Shown: positions 1 to 9,523, numbered from the stretch's first letter. The stretch is DNA of 32,000 nucleotides from Synechococcus elongatus PCC 6301 (GCF_000010065.1 NC_006576.1:690001-722000); one strand, 5' to 3'. Made by a program: numbers and translations. Notes: generated from the letters alone by a model not told the origin.

Positions 1-1586
1 TGCGTCAGGGCGATCGCCCCTACGTGCGGCAGCATTTGACTCCGGCCGGTCTGGTTACGGATGTATTTGTGCCGCTGTTCCAAAACGATCGCTATTTGGG
101 GGTGCTAGCGATCGGCACGAACCCGAGTCCAGCAGTGGTGGCTTCGTCGGGCTTGACCCGCGATGTGACGATCGCGGTGTTCATCACGATTTGGGTCATG
201 GTGATCGTCGGGGCAGTCTTCAATGCCTTGATCATCACGCGCCCCATTCGCGAGTTGGTGGAGGGCGTCCGCAGCATTGCTTCTGGAAACTTTAAGCAGC
301 GCATCGACCTGCCCCCCAGCGGTGAACTTGGGGAACTGATCGCCAGCTTCAATGACATGGCGGAACAGCTAGAGGGCTATGCCGCCCAGAACATCGATGA
401 ATTAACTTCCGAAAAAGCCAAGCTGGAGACCTTGGTTTCGACAATCGCAGATGGGGCCTTGCTATTGGATGCAGACCTCAACTTAGTGCTGGTCAATCCA
501 GCCGCAATTCGCATTTTTGGGTGGGAAGGGCGATCGCTCAAAGGTGATGACGTGATCGATCACTTACCGTCACCCCTTGCCCAAGAATTGCATGATCCAC
601 TCAAGGCGATCGCGAATGGCGATCGCGAGGCAGTGGAGTTGCGGTTGACCTTGCCGGAACGCAGTAATCGCACCGTACGCATTTTGGTCAGTAATGTCTT
701 GGATACAGCGCGGGCGAACGTGAAAGGCATTGCTGTCACGGTTCAAGACATCACCCGCGAAGTTGAACTGAATGAAGCCAAAAGTCAGTTCATTAGCAAT
801 GTCTCCCACGAGCTGCGAACGCCGCTGTTCAACATCAAGTCCTTCATCGAAACGCTGCATGATTACGGTGACGACCTGAGCGAAGAGGAGCGGCGCGAGT
901 TCCTGTCAACGGCAAATCATGAAACCGATCGCCTCACCCGTCTGGTCAACGACGTCCTCGATCCGTCGTGGCTGGAGTCGAATCGTCGCTACAACTTCGA
1001 AGGCATCGATCTGGTTCAACCGATCGAGCAGACCCTGCGCACCTATCAGCTCAACGCCCGCGAGAAAGGGATTGAACTGCGATCAGAGATTGCCCGCGAC
1101 CTGCCCGCCGTTCGCGCCAATTACGATCTGCTGCTCCAGGTTTTTGCCAACTTAGTCGGCAACGCCCTTAAGTTCACCGCTTCCGGCGGTTGCGTGGCAA
1201 TGCGTGCCTATTTGGTGGGTCAGCCACTGCGTACAGAGGCAGTGAATCATTCTGAAATTGTCAGCTCACTGCCGAATATACGGATTGAAATCAACGACAC
1301 TGGCATCGGCATTGATGCCGAAGATCAAGAGGCGATTTTCGATCGCTTTTTCCGGGTCGAAAACCGCGTCCACACCCTCGAAGGCACCGGCTTGGGGCTG
1401 TCGATTGTCCGTAATATTGTTGAGAAACATCAGAGCCGCATTCACTTAATTAGTGAAGTCGGAATTGGCACAACTTTCTGGTTTGACCTGCCGATTTATC
1501 AACCCGAGGAAGCGATCGCAGCACCCGCTAAGCCTGAGGCGATTACAGCAACGAATGGCACCGAAGTCAGCGTCAGCACCGGCTAG
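1..1586 (+). CDS. nblS: Sensor histidine kinase, NblS/Hik33 (DspA)-like; the 5' end lies outside the window
   Basis: The frame of ORF 24..1586 stays open back to nt 3. It has a TM segment (VTIAVFITIWVMVIVGAVFNALII), a HAMP-like linker and a PAS-like region. Kinase motifs are the H-box FISNVSHELRTPL, N-box LVGNALKF, G1 DTGIGI and G2 GTGLGLSIV. Confidence 0.85.
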   Translation, partial: RQGDRPYVRQHLTPAGLVTDVFVPLFQNDRYLGVLAIGTNPSPAVVASSGLTRDVTIAVFITIWVMVIVGAVFNALIITRPIRELVEGVRSIASGNFKQRIDLPPSGELGELIASFNDMAEQLEGYAAQNIDELTSEKAKLETLVSTIADGALLLDADLNLVLVNPAAIRIFGWEGRSLKGDDVIDHLPSPLAQELHDPLKAIANGDREAVELRLTLPERSNRTVRILVSNVLDTARANVKGIAVTVQDITREVELNEAKSQFISNVSHELRTPLFNIKSFIETLHDYGDDLSEEERREFLSTANHETDRLTRLVNDVLDPSWLESNRRYNFEGIDLVQPIEQTLRTYQLNAREKGIELRSEIARDLPAVRANYDLLLQVFANLVGNALKFTASGGCVAMRAYLVGQPLRTEAVNHSEIVSSLPNIRIEINDTGIGIDAEDQEAIFDRFFRVENRVHTLEGTGLGLSIVRNIVEKHQSRIHLISEVGIGTTFWFDLPIYQPEEAIAAPAKPEAITATNGTEVSVSTG

Positions 1587-1637
1587 TCGACCCGCTTCAA
1601 CCAATAATGAGAGAGGCCATTCAGAGATTCAATTGGC

Positions 1638-2513
1638 ATGACTCAAGTACGGATCGGCATCATTGGGGGAAGCGGCCTCTACCGAATGGAAGCCCTCAAG
1701 GACGTGGAAGAAGTCCGGGTTGAGACTGCTTTTGGCGATCCATCCGACGCGCTGATCGTCGGCAACCTTGATGGCGTTCCGGTTGCGTTTCTGGCACGCC
1801 ACGGCCGCCACCATCAGCTCCTGCCCACCGAAGTGCCCTACCGCGCCAACATTTTGGCGATGAAGCAGCTGGGTGTGGAATACATTCTTTCGGCCTCAGC
1901 AGTGGGTTCCCTTCAGGCTGAGATCGCCCCACTCGATCTGGTCATTCCCGATCAATTTATCGATCGCACTTTTGCGCGGCCTTCGACCTTCTTTGGCAAC
2001 GGTCTCGTTGGTCACGTCACCTTTGGCGACCCCTTCTGTCCTGCCCTGAGTCAACTACTGGCCGAAGCTGTCAGTCTGGCGGAAATCCCGGAAATCAAAC
2101 TGCATCAGGGCGGCACCTACGTTTGTATGGAAGGGCCAGCATTTTCGACCAAGGCGGAGTCACAGCTGTACCGCAGTTGGGGTGCCCAGATTATCGGCAT
2201 GACCAATTTGACGGAAGCGAAGCTGGCACGGGAAGCCGAAATTGCCTACGCAACCTTGGCGCTAGTTACCGATTACGACTGCTGGCACCCCGACCACGAC
2301 AGTGTCACGGTCGAGATGGTGATTGCCAATTTGCATAAAAATGCGACCAATGCTCAGAAAGTGGTGCGGTCGGCGGTGGGTCTGCTCAGCGATCGCTGGC
2401 CAGAATCGGCTGCCCATGAGGCCCTCCGCTACGCACTGATGACTCCGCCCGAGCATGTGCCAGCCGAAACTCGGCAGCGTTTGGCACTACTCCTGCAGAA
2501 ATACTGGGGCTAG
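1638..2513 (+). CDS. mtnP: S-methyl-5'-thioadenosine phosphorylase
   Basis: 291 aa. It has N-terminal [10 protein letters not shown], plus [17 protein letters not shown] and TDYDCW motifs typical of MTAP/PNP-family phosphorylases. Confidence 0.88.
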   Translation: MTQVRIGIIGGSGLYRMEALKDVEEVRVETAFGDPSDALIVGNLDGVPVAFLARHGRHHQLLPTEVPYRANILAMKQLGVEYILSASAVGSLQAEIAPLDLVIPDQFIDRTFARPSTFFGNGLVGHVTFGDPFCPALSQLLAEAVSLAEIPEIKLHQGGTYVCMEGPAFSTKAESQLYRSWGAQIIGMTNLTEAKLAREAEIAYATLALVTDYDCWHPDHDSVTVEMVIANLHKNATNAQKVVRSAVGLLSDRWPESAAHEALRYALMTPPEHVPAETRQRLALLLQKYWG

Positions 2514-3415
2514 TGGCGATCGCGCCTCGCGGTCGGTTTGCTCCAACCCCCAGCGGCGATCTGCATCTGGGATCCTTGGTGGCAGCGGTTGGCAGCTATC
2601 TCCATGTCCGCAGTCAGTGCGGGACTTGGCTGCTGCGGATTGATGATCTGGATGCGCCTCGTGTGGTCCCCGGTGCCAGCGATCGCATTCAGACTTGTCT
2701 CGAAGCCTTTGGACTGCACTGGGATGAAGTGGTCTATTTCCAGCAGCCTCAGCAGGAGCATTACCAAGCAGCCTTGGAGCAGTTGACTGCAACTGGTCGG
2801 GTCTATCGCTGTCAGTGCAGCCGCAAGCAGTTGTCCCAATCTGGCGACTCAGTCTCTGTAGATGGATCACTACGCTATCCGGGCTTCTGTCGCGATCGCC
2901 AGCTCTCCAGTGAGATCGAGGGGAGCGATCGCCTCAACGTCCAAAATTTGCCCGCGATCGCCCTCGAAGATGCCTGGCAGGGTCGCTATCAGCAGGATCT
3001 CGCGCAGGCTGTCGGCGACTTTATTTTGCGGCGGCGCGATCGCCTCTTTAGCTACCACCTCGCTACGGTCGTGGACGATGCCCGGCAAGGCATTACGGAA
3101 GTGATTCGCGGCCTTGATTTGCTGGCCTCTACACCCCGCCAAATTGCCCTGCAACAGCTCCTGAATTTACCGACGCCCCACTATGGTCATCTGCCCTTGG
3201 TCGTCTGGCCGAATGGCGACAAGCTCAGTAAGCAAACCAAGGCGCCGCCACTCGATCTTCGCCAAGCACCAGCCCTACTCTCCCAAGCGATCGGGCATCT
3301 CGGACTCGCCATGCCATCAGACCTACAAGGGGCGCCAGTTGGTGAACAACTGGCTTGGGCGATCGCTCACTTTCCAGCGCCTAGACTAAGCAAGCAGCCT
3401 GATTCGCTCTCATGA
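2513..3415 (+). CDS. gluQ: Glutamyl-Q tRNA(Asp) synthetase (truncated GluRS paralogue)
   Basis: 300 aa. It has RFAPTPSGDLHLGSL (HIGH-like) and KLSKQ (KMSKS-like) motifs and is too short for a full GluRS. Its GTG start overlaps the mtnP stop (TAGTG). Confidence 0.82.
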   Translation: MAIAPRGRFAPTPSGDLHLGSLVAAVGSYLHVRSQCGTWLLRIDDLDAPRVVPGASDRIQTCLEAFGLHWDEVVYFQQPQQEHYQAALEQLTATGRVYRCQCSRKQLSQSGDSVSVDGSLRYPGFCRDRQLSSEIEGSDRLNVQNLPAIALEDAWQGRYQQDLAQAVGDFILRRRDRLFSYHLATVVDDARQGITEVIRGLDLLASTPRQIALQQLLNLPTPHYGHLPLVVWPNGDKLSKQTKAPPLDLRQAPALLSQAIGHLGLAMPSDLQGAPVGEQLAWAIAHFPAPRLSKQPDSLS

Positions 3416-3714
3416 ACAAAGAGACTCTGTTTGCGCTCTCTCTCTTTCCGTATTTGGGCTTTCTCTGGTTTGCAACGCGATCGGGGCAATTTCCCAAGCT
3501 GGCGCTTTGGGGCTTCTATGGCACCTTGGTCTTCGTGGCGGTGACGATTCCGGCAGGAATTTACGCCCAAGTCCACTACGGCGAAAGTTTGGCCAATGTA
3601 GACTGGCTGCATGGTAGTGCAGAAGTCTTTCTGACCCTCAGCAATATCTTGGTGGCACTGGGCTTTCGGCAACGATTCCTGGAGAACCAAGCCGATCGCG
3701 ATCGCAATCTGTAA
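3412..3714 (+). CDS. Small integral membrane protein (DUF3593-like, cyanobacteria/plastid lineage)
   Basis: 100 aa with three hydrophobic segments. The N-terminal LFALSLFPYLGFLWF motif matches my recollection of DUF3593. Its start overlaps the gluQ stop as ATGA. Confidence 0.65.
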   Translation: MNKETLFALSLFPYLGFLWFATRSGQFPKLALWGFYGTLVFVAVTIPAGIYAQVHYGESLANVDWLHGSAEVFLTLSNILVALGFRQRFLENQADRDRNL

Positions 3715-3831
3715 AGTCTTTTGAAGGCTCCTCAGCAAGCTGGCAACAATCGGAAAAGATGAGTAGCGGTTGTCGTTTTGGACGCGTAGAAGCGGCAACT
3801 GTCATAGCAAATTGTTTTTAGGAGTGGCCCA

Positions 3832-4086
3832 ATGCTGCCGGTTTTAGCTGCAATTCCCCAAACTGTTGCTTGGAGCCCGAAAGTGGCTCTAGTGATGATT
3901 CTGAGCAACATCGTGGCGATCGCCATTGGCAAGGCCACTATCAAGATTCAGAATGCTGGTCCGGCTTTGCCTTCGCCCCAACTTTTTGGGGGTTTCGGTC
4001 TGCCTGCAGTCCTCGCGACCGCTAGCTTCGGTCACATTTTGGGCATTGGCGTCATCCTCGGCTTGGCCAACATCGGCAATCTCTAA
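3832..4086 (+). CDS. psaK: Photosystem I subunit PsaK
   Basis: 84 aa with two TM helices. The sequence AAIPQTVAWSPKVALVMI...GFGLPAVLATASFGHILGIGVILGL is typical of PsaK. An AGGAG Shine-Dalgarno lies about 8 nt upstream. Confidence 0.85.
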   Translation: MLPVLAAIPQTVAWSPKVALVMILSNIVAIAIGKATIKIQNAGPALPSPQLFGGFGLPAVLATASFGHILGIGVILGLANIGNL

Positions 4087-4112
4087 GCCCCCAGCCCTAA
4101 TCATCTATTTCT

Positions 4113-4161
4113 AAAACCTAGGAGCGGTTAGGACGGCACCTCAACTCCTAGGTTTTGTTTT
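4113..4161 (+). terminator. Rho-independent terminator downstream of psaK
   Basis: A perfect 12-bp stem pairs aaaacctaggag (4113-4124) with ctcctaggtttt (4145-4156). The loop is 20 nt and a GTTTT tail follows. Confidence 0.8.
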
Positions 4162-4221
4162 GCGCGATCGCACCTTAAGACATCACTCAAGTCATCAGTC
4201 ACAGTATTCTTAACGGGCATG

Positions 4222-4248
4222 AAAAAAGCCCACAAACTTTTTGTGAGC
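4222..4248 (-). terminator. Rho-independent terminator downstream of the aas-ylqD-like pair
   Basis: The minus strand reads GCTCACAA-aaagt-TTGTGGGC followed by TTTTTT (complement of 4222-4227). Confidence 0.7.
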
Positions 4249-4282
4249 TATCAACACAAATTGATGGTCGAGTCAAGAAAAC

Positions 4283-4729
4283 CTAAGCATTACCGCGAAT
4301 CTCAACAACAACACCATCGCGCAGCACGATTTCAACTTGCATTTTTTCAATCAAGTTATCGCCCGGATGCAGCTCAAAGAAGCTCTCAATTTGACCTTGG
4401 TTGACTTCTTCTTCTAAGTTGACCGTTTGTACTTGTTGCAGTTGCTGGAGAATTTGATTCTTCTGCTCAAGCAGCTGCGTTTTTTGCTGATTGACTTGAA
4501 TCTGAATGTTGTCAATCTGTTGCAACACATTCGGATGCACTGGATTGGCACTTTGGCTGCGAATTTCGTTGATTGCTGCTTGCCCCTGCAAATCCAACTG
4601 TTGAATCTGCGCATCCACTTGACCGAGCTGGCCCTGCAGTGCATTTTGGGCTTCTTGCTTCCAAGTCGGCGTCACGATCGCTTTGACATTGATCGTCCGC
4701 TTTAGCTGCAGAGGAGTACCGAGGGTCAT
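4283..4729 (-). CDS. YlqD-family-like coiled-coil protein (Q-rich)
   Basis: ORF 4283..4777. I prefer the internal ATG at 4729 (MTLGTPLQLKRTINVKAIVTPTWK...). The alternative GTG at 4777 directly abuts the aas stop (TAAGTG). It has a long Q/L-rich heptad region. Confidence 0.6.
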   Translation of the reverse strand: MTLGTPLQLKRTINVKAIVTPTWKQEAQNALQGQLGQVDAQIQQLDLQGQAAINEIRSQSANPVHPNVLQQIDNIQIQVNQQKTQLLEQKNQILQQLQQVQTVNLEEEVNQGQIESFFELHPGDNLIEKMQVEIVLRDGVVVEIRGNA

Positions 4730-4777
4730 AGATAGGGTCACAGAAAAGAATGAAGGGTCAAGGTGCTGAATCGACAC

Positions 4778-6727
4778 TTAACTCGCCGATTCAAACATCC
4801 CGTCGATCATAGCCGCGTAGTGTTCCGCGACAACGTTGCTACGGATTTTCAGGGTTTGGGTTAGCTGGCCATTTTCCATGCTGAACGGTTCTTCGATGAG
4901 GCGGAATGGTCCAATGCGATCGTCGATGCGGTAGCCCGGGCGATCGCGCACTTCGCGGTTCAGTTCCTCGCGAATCAGCTTCTGTACCACTCCCTGCAGA
5001 TCGGTTTGGCTGATGCCCTGTTCGCTGGCCCAGAGTGCGATCGCCTCTTGATTGGGCACAATCAACGCCCCCAAACTCTTGCGGTCTTGTCCCACCAACA
5101 TGATTTGGCTGATATAGGAACTTCGTAGGCAGGCATCTTCAATCGGCTGGGGTTCAATGTTTTCGCCATTGGTCAGCACGATCGTGTCCTTAGCGCGCCC
5201 CGTTAGCACCAAGTTGCCTTCACCGACGATGTAGCCTAAGTCGCCGGTGTCAAACCAACCTTCGGCATCGATCGCTTTCGCGGTCGCCTCGGGTTTATTG
5301 AAGTAGCCCTGCATGATTTGCGGCCCTTTCGCCAGCACCAAGCCGCGATCGCCACTGGGTCGGTTTTCCTTCGTTTCAGGATCGACGATCCGAATCGCCG
5401 TACCTGGAATCGGCTGACCGGCCGAACCCCGTAGGTTGTGCCAAGGCCGTCGCCCCGTCAGCACTGGTGAGGTTTCTGTCAAGCCATAACCCACCAGCAA
5501 ATCAACACCAACAATTTCGAAGAAGGTATCGAGGTGCAGTGCCAGTGAGCCACCGCCACTGATCACCTGCCGAATTCGGCCACCCGTGGCTTCTCGTACT
5601 TTGCCGTAGACGAGGCGATCGCCCAGCTTATGCAACGGTGCTAGCGCCAACATCCGGACACCCTCAGCGAGGCGCTGGGCTGGGGATTGGTTCAGTGCCA
5701 GCAAATCCAGTCCTTGCCAGCGGCGCCGTGCCAAAACATAGCGTTGACTCAAGCCAAAGAAGGTATCGATCAAGCGACGTTTCTTCGCCGGTTGCTCGCG
5801 AAACTGCTTCTGCACGCCCTCGTAGATCGATTCCCAGAGGCGCGGCACACTGACCATGAACTGCGGCCGATACTGCCGGATGTCTTGTTTGACATTGCGC
5901 AGCGTCGTGTAGACCTGTGTGCAGCCCTGGGAGAGCAGGAAATATTCACAAGCTCGCTCGTAGGAGTGCCAAGTCGGCAAAATACTCAGCACGGTGTCGC
6001 CAGGTTGCGGCTGCACAACCACACCTAATGTTGTGACTTGGTGCAGCAGGTTGCCGTGAGAAAGCATCACGCCCTTCGGTCGGCCTGTGGTGCCCGAGGT
6101 ATAGATCAAAGTGGCTAAGCGATCGAGCTGCAAAATTGGCTCCGGTGCCGGCAGCGATCGCCCCATCTCCAGCACGTCACTAAAACCAACGACGCGCAGG
6201 CTGTCGATCTCGACTACTTCATCGCTGAGCACGATCACAAACTGCAGCGATAGTGACGCTAAACCAGGCTGTAGTTTCTTCAGCAGCGCCGCGTCTTCGA
6301 CAATCAAGCCGATCGAACCGCTGTCCTCTAAGACGTAGAGCAGCTCCGATACTTCAGCTTGGGCGCCGCGCACCGCATTGGCAGCCCCTGCCAGCAACGT
6401 GCCTTGGTCAGCAATCAACCAGCGGGGGCTGTTATCCGCAAACTGCGCCAAGCGAGGCGGAAAGTCATCGGCTGTGGAGGTAGGCACTCCCAGCGCGAGC
6501 AGTCCGGCTGCAAACGCTTGGATCTGAATCGCCAATTCTTGATAACTGAGGGTGATCGCTGGTTTGGCATGGGGTGCAACCAAAGCCGGCATCGATCCAA
6601 ATTGACTGGCAGCACGTCCCCAAATTTGCGACAAGCTTTGGATATCGCGATAGCTTTTCAGTTTGGCCAAAAGCTGCTGTTCGTGGGGCGTAATGGCGCG
6701 GGGTTGCGCGAGGGCGGTTCCAGTCAC
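4778..6727 (-). CDS. aas: AMP-dependent long-chain fatty acid activating enzyme (acyl-ACP/acyl-CoA synthetase family)
   Basis: 649 aa. It has the AMP-binding signature IYTSGTTGRPKGV and later GYGLTE, GWFDTGD and GRAKD motifs. The GTG start is preceded by GAGGAGAG. Confidence 0.88.
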   Translation of the reverse strand: MTGTALAQPRAITPHEQQLLAKLKSYRDIQSLSQIWGRAASQFGSMPALVAPHAKPAITLSYQELAIQIQAFAAGLLALGVPTSTADDFPPRLAQFADNSPRWLIADQGTLLAGAANAVRGAQAEVSELLYVLEDSGSIGLIVEDAALLKKLQPGLASLSLQFVIVLSDEVVEIDSLRVVGFSDVLEMGRSLPAPEPILQLDRLATLIYTSGTTGRPKGVMLSHGNLLHQVTTLGVVVQPQPGDTVLSILPTWHSYERACEYFLLSQGCTQVYTTLRNVKQDIRQYRPQFMVSVPRLWESIYEGVQKQFREQPAKKRRLIDTFFGLSQRYVLARRRWQGLDLLALNQSPAQRLAEGVRMLALAPLHKLGDRLVYGKVREATGGRIRQVISGGGSLALHLDTFFEIVGVDLLVGYGLTETSPVLTGRRPWHNLRGSAGQPIPGTAIRIVDPETKENRPSGDRGLVLAKGPQIMQGYFNKPEATAKAIDAEGWFDTGDLGYIVGEGNLVLTGRAKDTIVLTNGENIEPQPIEDACLRSSYISQIMLVGQDRKSLGALIVPNQEAIALWASEQGISQTDLQGVVQKLIREELNREVRDRPGYRIDDRIGPFRLIEEPFSMENGQLTQTLKIRSNVVAEHYAAMIDGMFESAS

Positions 6728-7013
6728 TCGGTCTACTCTCCTCAGCCAGCGTCCTCATTTTAGAGACCGATCACGCATTCCCTGCATTGCTTATGGGAGT
6801 TTTGCGACTGGGGCGATCGCTCGTCTCAGCCTGGCTCAAGTTCTTGTGAGTCAAGCAGCGCTGTCAGATGCCCGTTGCCCTGGCTCGGCGGCCTAAACTG
6901 GCTGGCGATCGCGGTTGAAACAAACCGTAGTACAAGACTGATTCCCAGGAACGGCCCAATCCCCCTAGAGTGAGATCAACACCTTTGTGTGGCCCTCAGG
7001 AGGAGCGCTAGCC

Positions 7014-7280
7014 ATGAGTTCTGACACTGCGACAACGGAGCTGCGGATCCGCCTTTGCATTCCTGAGCCTCGTCGCAATGAGCCCATCATCTACACGCTG
7101 ATTACGGAATACCAACTGCAAGTCAACATTGCAGCGGCGACCATGGGAGCCAATGGCATCGGCGAGGGCTGGTTTGATCTCAGCTTGGCAGGCCCCTCTG
7201 AGCGTATTGAAGAGGCGATCGCCTACCTGCGTACCAATGGGTTAGAAGTCTGGACTGAGTCTGAGCCCACGGATTGGTAA
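7014..7280 (+). CDS. Small NIL-domain (ferredoxin-fold) protein
   Basis: 88 aa counted from the ATG at 7014, which has an AGGAGGAG Shine-Dalgarno at 6999-7006. The pattern RIRLCIPEPRRNEPIIYTLITEY..NI..A resembles stand-alone NIL domains. Confidence 0.6.
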   Translation: MSSDTATTELRIRLCIPEPRRNEPIIYTLITEYQLQVNIAAATMGANGIGEGWFDLSLAGPSERIEEAIAYLRTNGLEVWTESEPTDW

Positions 7281-7492
7281 GGTTAACGACTGCAGTCAGA
7301 GGCGATCGCGCTAAAAGTAGCTTGTTAACCGACGATGGACGGATCCGCTAGACCTAGTGAGTGGTGGGGTGTCTCGTCATCCCCCACAAGGTCTAGAGCA
7401 TCAGAGGTTGCTGCAGTCGAATTCAGCCAAATCATGCTCAAAGCCGAATAGTCTAAGACCCAAGCTTTCAGCAGATTTTTGCTTATTTCTAG

Positions 7493-7564
<72 letters not shown>

Positions 7565-7574
7565 AGTGGAAAGG

Positions 7575-7656
7575 TGGGCCGAGCTGGATTCGAACCAGCG
7601 TAGGCGTAGCCAGTGGATTTACAGTCCACCCCCATTAACCACTCGGGCATCGACCC
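7575..7656 (-). tRNA. tRNA-Tyr (anticodon GUA), class II with a long variable arm
   Basis: It has a GGGTCGA/TCGGCCC acceptor (one G-U pair), a GTGGA-CTGTAAA-TCCAC anticodon arm and a GCTGG-TTCGAAT-CCAGC T arm. It lies 10 nt from tRNA-Thr. Confidence 0.9.
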
Positions 7657-7830
7657 AAGCTTTCCACAAGAAGTCATTTAAGCATAGGCCGGAAAGGATT
7701 GCCAGTTTTTTGGGAAATTTTCTGGGGTGAAGAGCTGACTTGAAGCAGGCGAGAGGGATTCGCTATCATCAATAGCAACGCCTGCATCTGCGGGGTCTGT
7801 TCTTGGAAACCTGTACGGGGCAAGCACAGC

Positions 7831-7959
7831 ATGGGATTAGTGGATCAAATTCTGGATCGCCTGCAAGATTTGGCACGGCGGTTGATCGAAGCGCTGTTTG
7901 GTCCTGAAGCCCAGCCTGAACCTGAACCTATCCCCGTCCCTGTGCGCGATCGCCGTTAA
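7831..7959 (+). CDS. Candidate 42-aa small protein upstream of aroQ
   Basis: The ATG ORF encodes [42 protein letters not shown]. It ends 10 nt before the likely aroQ start. It has no clear Shine-Dalgarno and is below the ORF-track size cut-off. Confidence 0.35.
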   Translation: MGLVDQILDRLQDLARRLIEALFGPEAQPEPEPIPVPVRDRR

Positions 7960-7969
7960 TCTTCAAGCT

Positions 7970-8419
7970 TTGCTGAAAATTCTTGTCTTGCATGGCCCCA
8001 ACCTCAACCTCTTGGGGCTGAGAGAGCCGACAATCTACGGCCAAACAACGCTGGCTGAAATTGATGCCGACCTAATTCAACTGGGTCAGACTCTTGGGGT
8101 TGACGTTTCAACACTCCAAAGCAACCACGAGGGCGTCTTGGTCGATGCCATCCACACAGCGCGGGAGCATCAAGACGGTCTTGTGATCAATGCCGGTGCT
8201 TACACCCACACCAGTGTGGCGATTCGAGACGCGATCGCGGGCACCCAAATTCCGACGGTGGAAGTCCATCTCAGCAATATCCACAAGCGCGAAGCCTTTC
8301 GGCATCATTCCTATCTAGCCCCCGTTGTGGTTGGCCAGATTTGCGGCTTTGGCCCCGATAGTTACCGGCTTGGACTGCAGGCAATCGTCAACCACTTGCA
8401 AGCCCTAGCAACGGTATGA
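7970..8419 (+). CDS. aroQ: 3-dehydroquinate dehydratase, type II
   Basis: It has the motifs [43 protein letters not shown] and [17 protein letters not shown]. The start is set at the in-frame TTG at 7970 ([11 protein letters not shown]). The longer TTG at 7898 would overlap the small ORF. Confidence 0.88.
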   Translation: MLKILVLHGPNLNLLGLREPTIYGQTTLAEIDADLIQLGQTLGVDVSTLQSNHEGVLVDAIHTAREHQDGLVINAGAYTHTSVAIRDAIAGTQIPTVEVHLSNIHKREAFRHHSYLAPVVVGQICGFGPDSYRLGLQAIVNHLQALATV

Positions 8420-9027
8420 CAGCCACGGTTCTACCAGAAGCACCCGCCACGATCCGCTTTTTGCAAACGCCCAGTTCCGAGGCTTGGCTTGAGCAAGCTT
8501 TGGCAAATTTTGAGATAGTGCTGCTCGACCATTCCCACTGCGAACGGAAGGCGGCTGGAGTTGCCCTCAGCCTGATCAGCCGCTATCCCAGTGATGCCAA
8601 GCTGGTGCGGACGCTGACTGCGATCGCCCGTGAGGAGCTGGAGCATTTCGAACAGGTCAATAGCCTCTTAGAAGCTCAAGGCATTCCGCTGCAAGCGCTG
8701 CCAGCCCCACCCTACGCCGCTGGTCTGCATAAAGCTATACGACGGACTGAGCCCGATCGCTTGTTGGATCAACTCTTGGTTGCGGCTTTGATTGAAGCGC
8801 GCAGCCATGAACGCTTGGGATTATTGGCAGCTCATTTGCCCGATGCCGCGATCGCTGGTTTTTATCGGGCACTGATGGCCTCGGAAGCACGACATTTCGG
8901 CGCTTATTGGCTGCTGGCGGTGGAACGTTTTCCGCGATCGCAGGTGGATAAGCGCTTGCAAGAACTGGCAACGCTAGAAAGTCAGCTGCTGAGCAACTTG
9001 CATCCTCAGCCACGCGTACACAGCTAA
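8416..9027 (+). CDS. miaE: tRNA-(ms2io6A37)-hydroxylase MiaE-like di-iron protein
   Basis: 203 aa. It has [13 protein letters not shown] plus EELEHF and EARHF ferritin-like di-iron motifs. Its start overlaps the aroQ stop (ATGA). Confidence 0.78.
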   Translation: MTATVLPEAPATIRFLQTPSSEAWLEQALANFEIVLLDHSHCERKAAGVALSLISRYPSDAKLVRTLTAIAREELEHFEQVNSLLEAQGIPLQALPAPPYAAGLHKAIRRTEPDRLLDQLLVAALIEARSHERLGLLAAHLPDAAIAGFYRALMASEARHFGAYWLLAVERFPRSQVDKRLQELATLESQLLSNLHPQPRVHS

Positions 9028-9521
9028 TGATGGATGCGATCGCAGTTGGCTCCGTGACACTGCGCCCTTGGCAGCCGAGCGATCGCGAGACAGCAGCGCA
9101 ATTGATTGCTCAAGTATTGGCGGAGTATGGCTTGGGCTGGGAGCCGGAGGGAGCCGATCGCGATGTGATCGAGGTTGAGCAAGCCTACTGGCAAACCGGC
9201 GGTGTTTTCTGGGTGCTGGAGCAGGGCGATCGACTCGTGGGGACGGGAGCCTTTTACCCGCTGCCCATGCGGGGGGAAGGAGCAGCCGAAATCCGCAAGA
9301 TGTATCTGCTGCCAGAAGTGCGCGGGCAAGGGCTCGGTCGGGCCTTGCTCCAGCGATTGGAGCAAGCGATCGCTGAGGCGGGTTATCGGCAAATTTGGAT
9401 CGAAACCAGTTCGTTGCTCAAAGAAGCGGTGAGTCTCTACGAGTCAGCAGGCTATCAACCGACAACGGAGGTCCACACGCTGCGCTGCGATCGCGTCTAC
9501 TGCAAATCGCTGTCCCCATAA
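9027..9521 (+). CDS. GNAT-family N-acetyltransferase
   Basis: 164 aa. It has the acetyl-CoA binding motif RGQGLGRALL after a beta-strand IRKMYLLPEV. Its start overlaps the miaE stop (TAATG). Confidence 0.8.
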   Translation: MMDAIAVGSVTLRPWQPSDRETAAQLIAQVLAEYGLGWEPEGADRDVIEVEQAYWQTGGVFWVLEQGDRLVGTGAFYPLPMRGEGAAEIRKMYLLPEVRGQGLGRALLQRLEQAIAEAGYRQIWIETSSLLKEAVSLYESAGYQPTTEVHTLRCDRVYCKSLSP

Positions 9522-9523
9522 CA

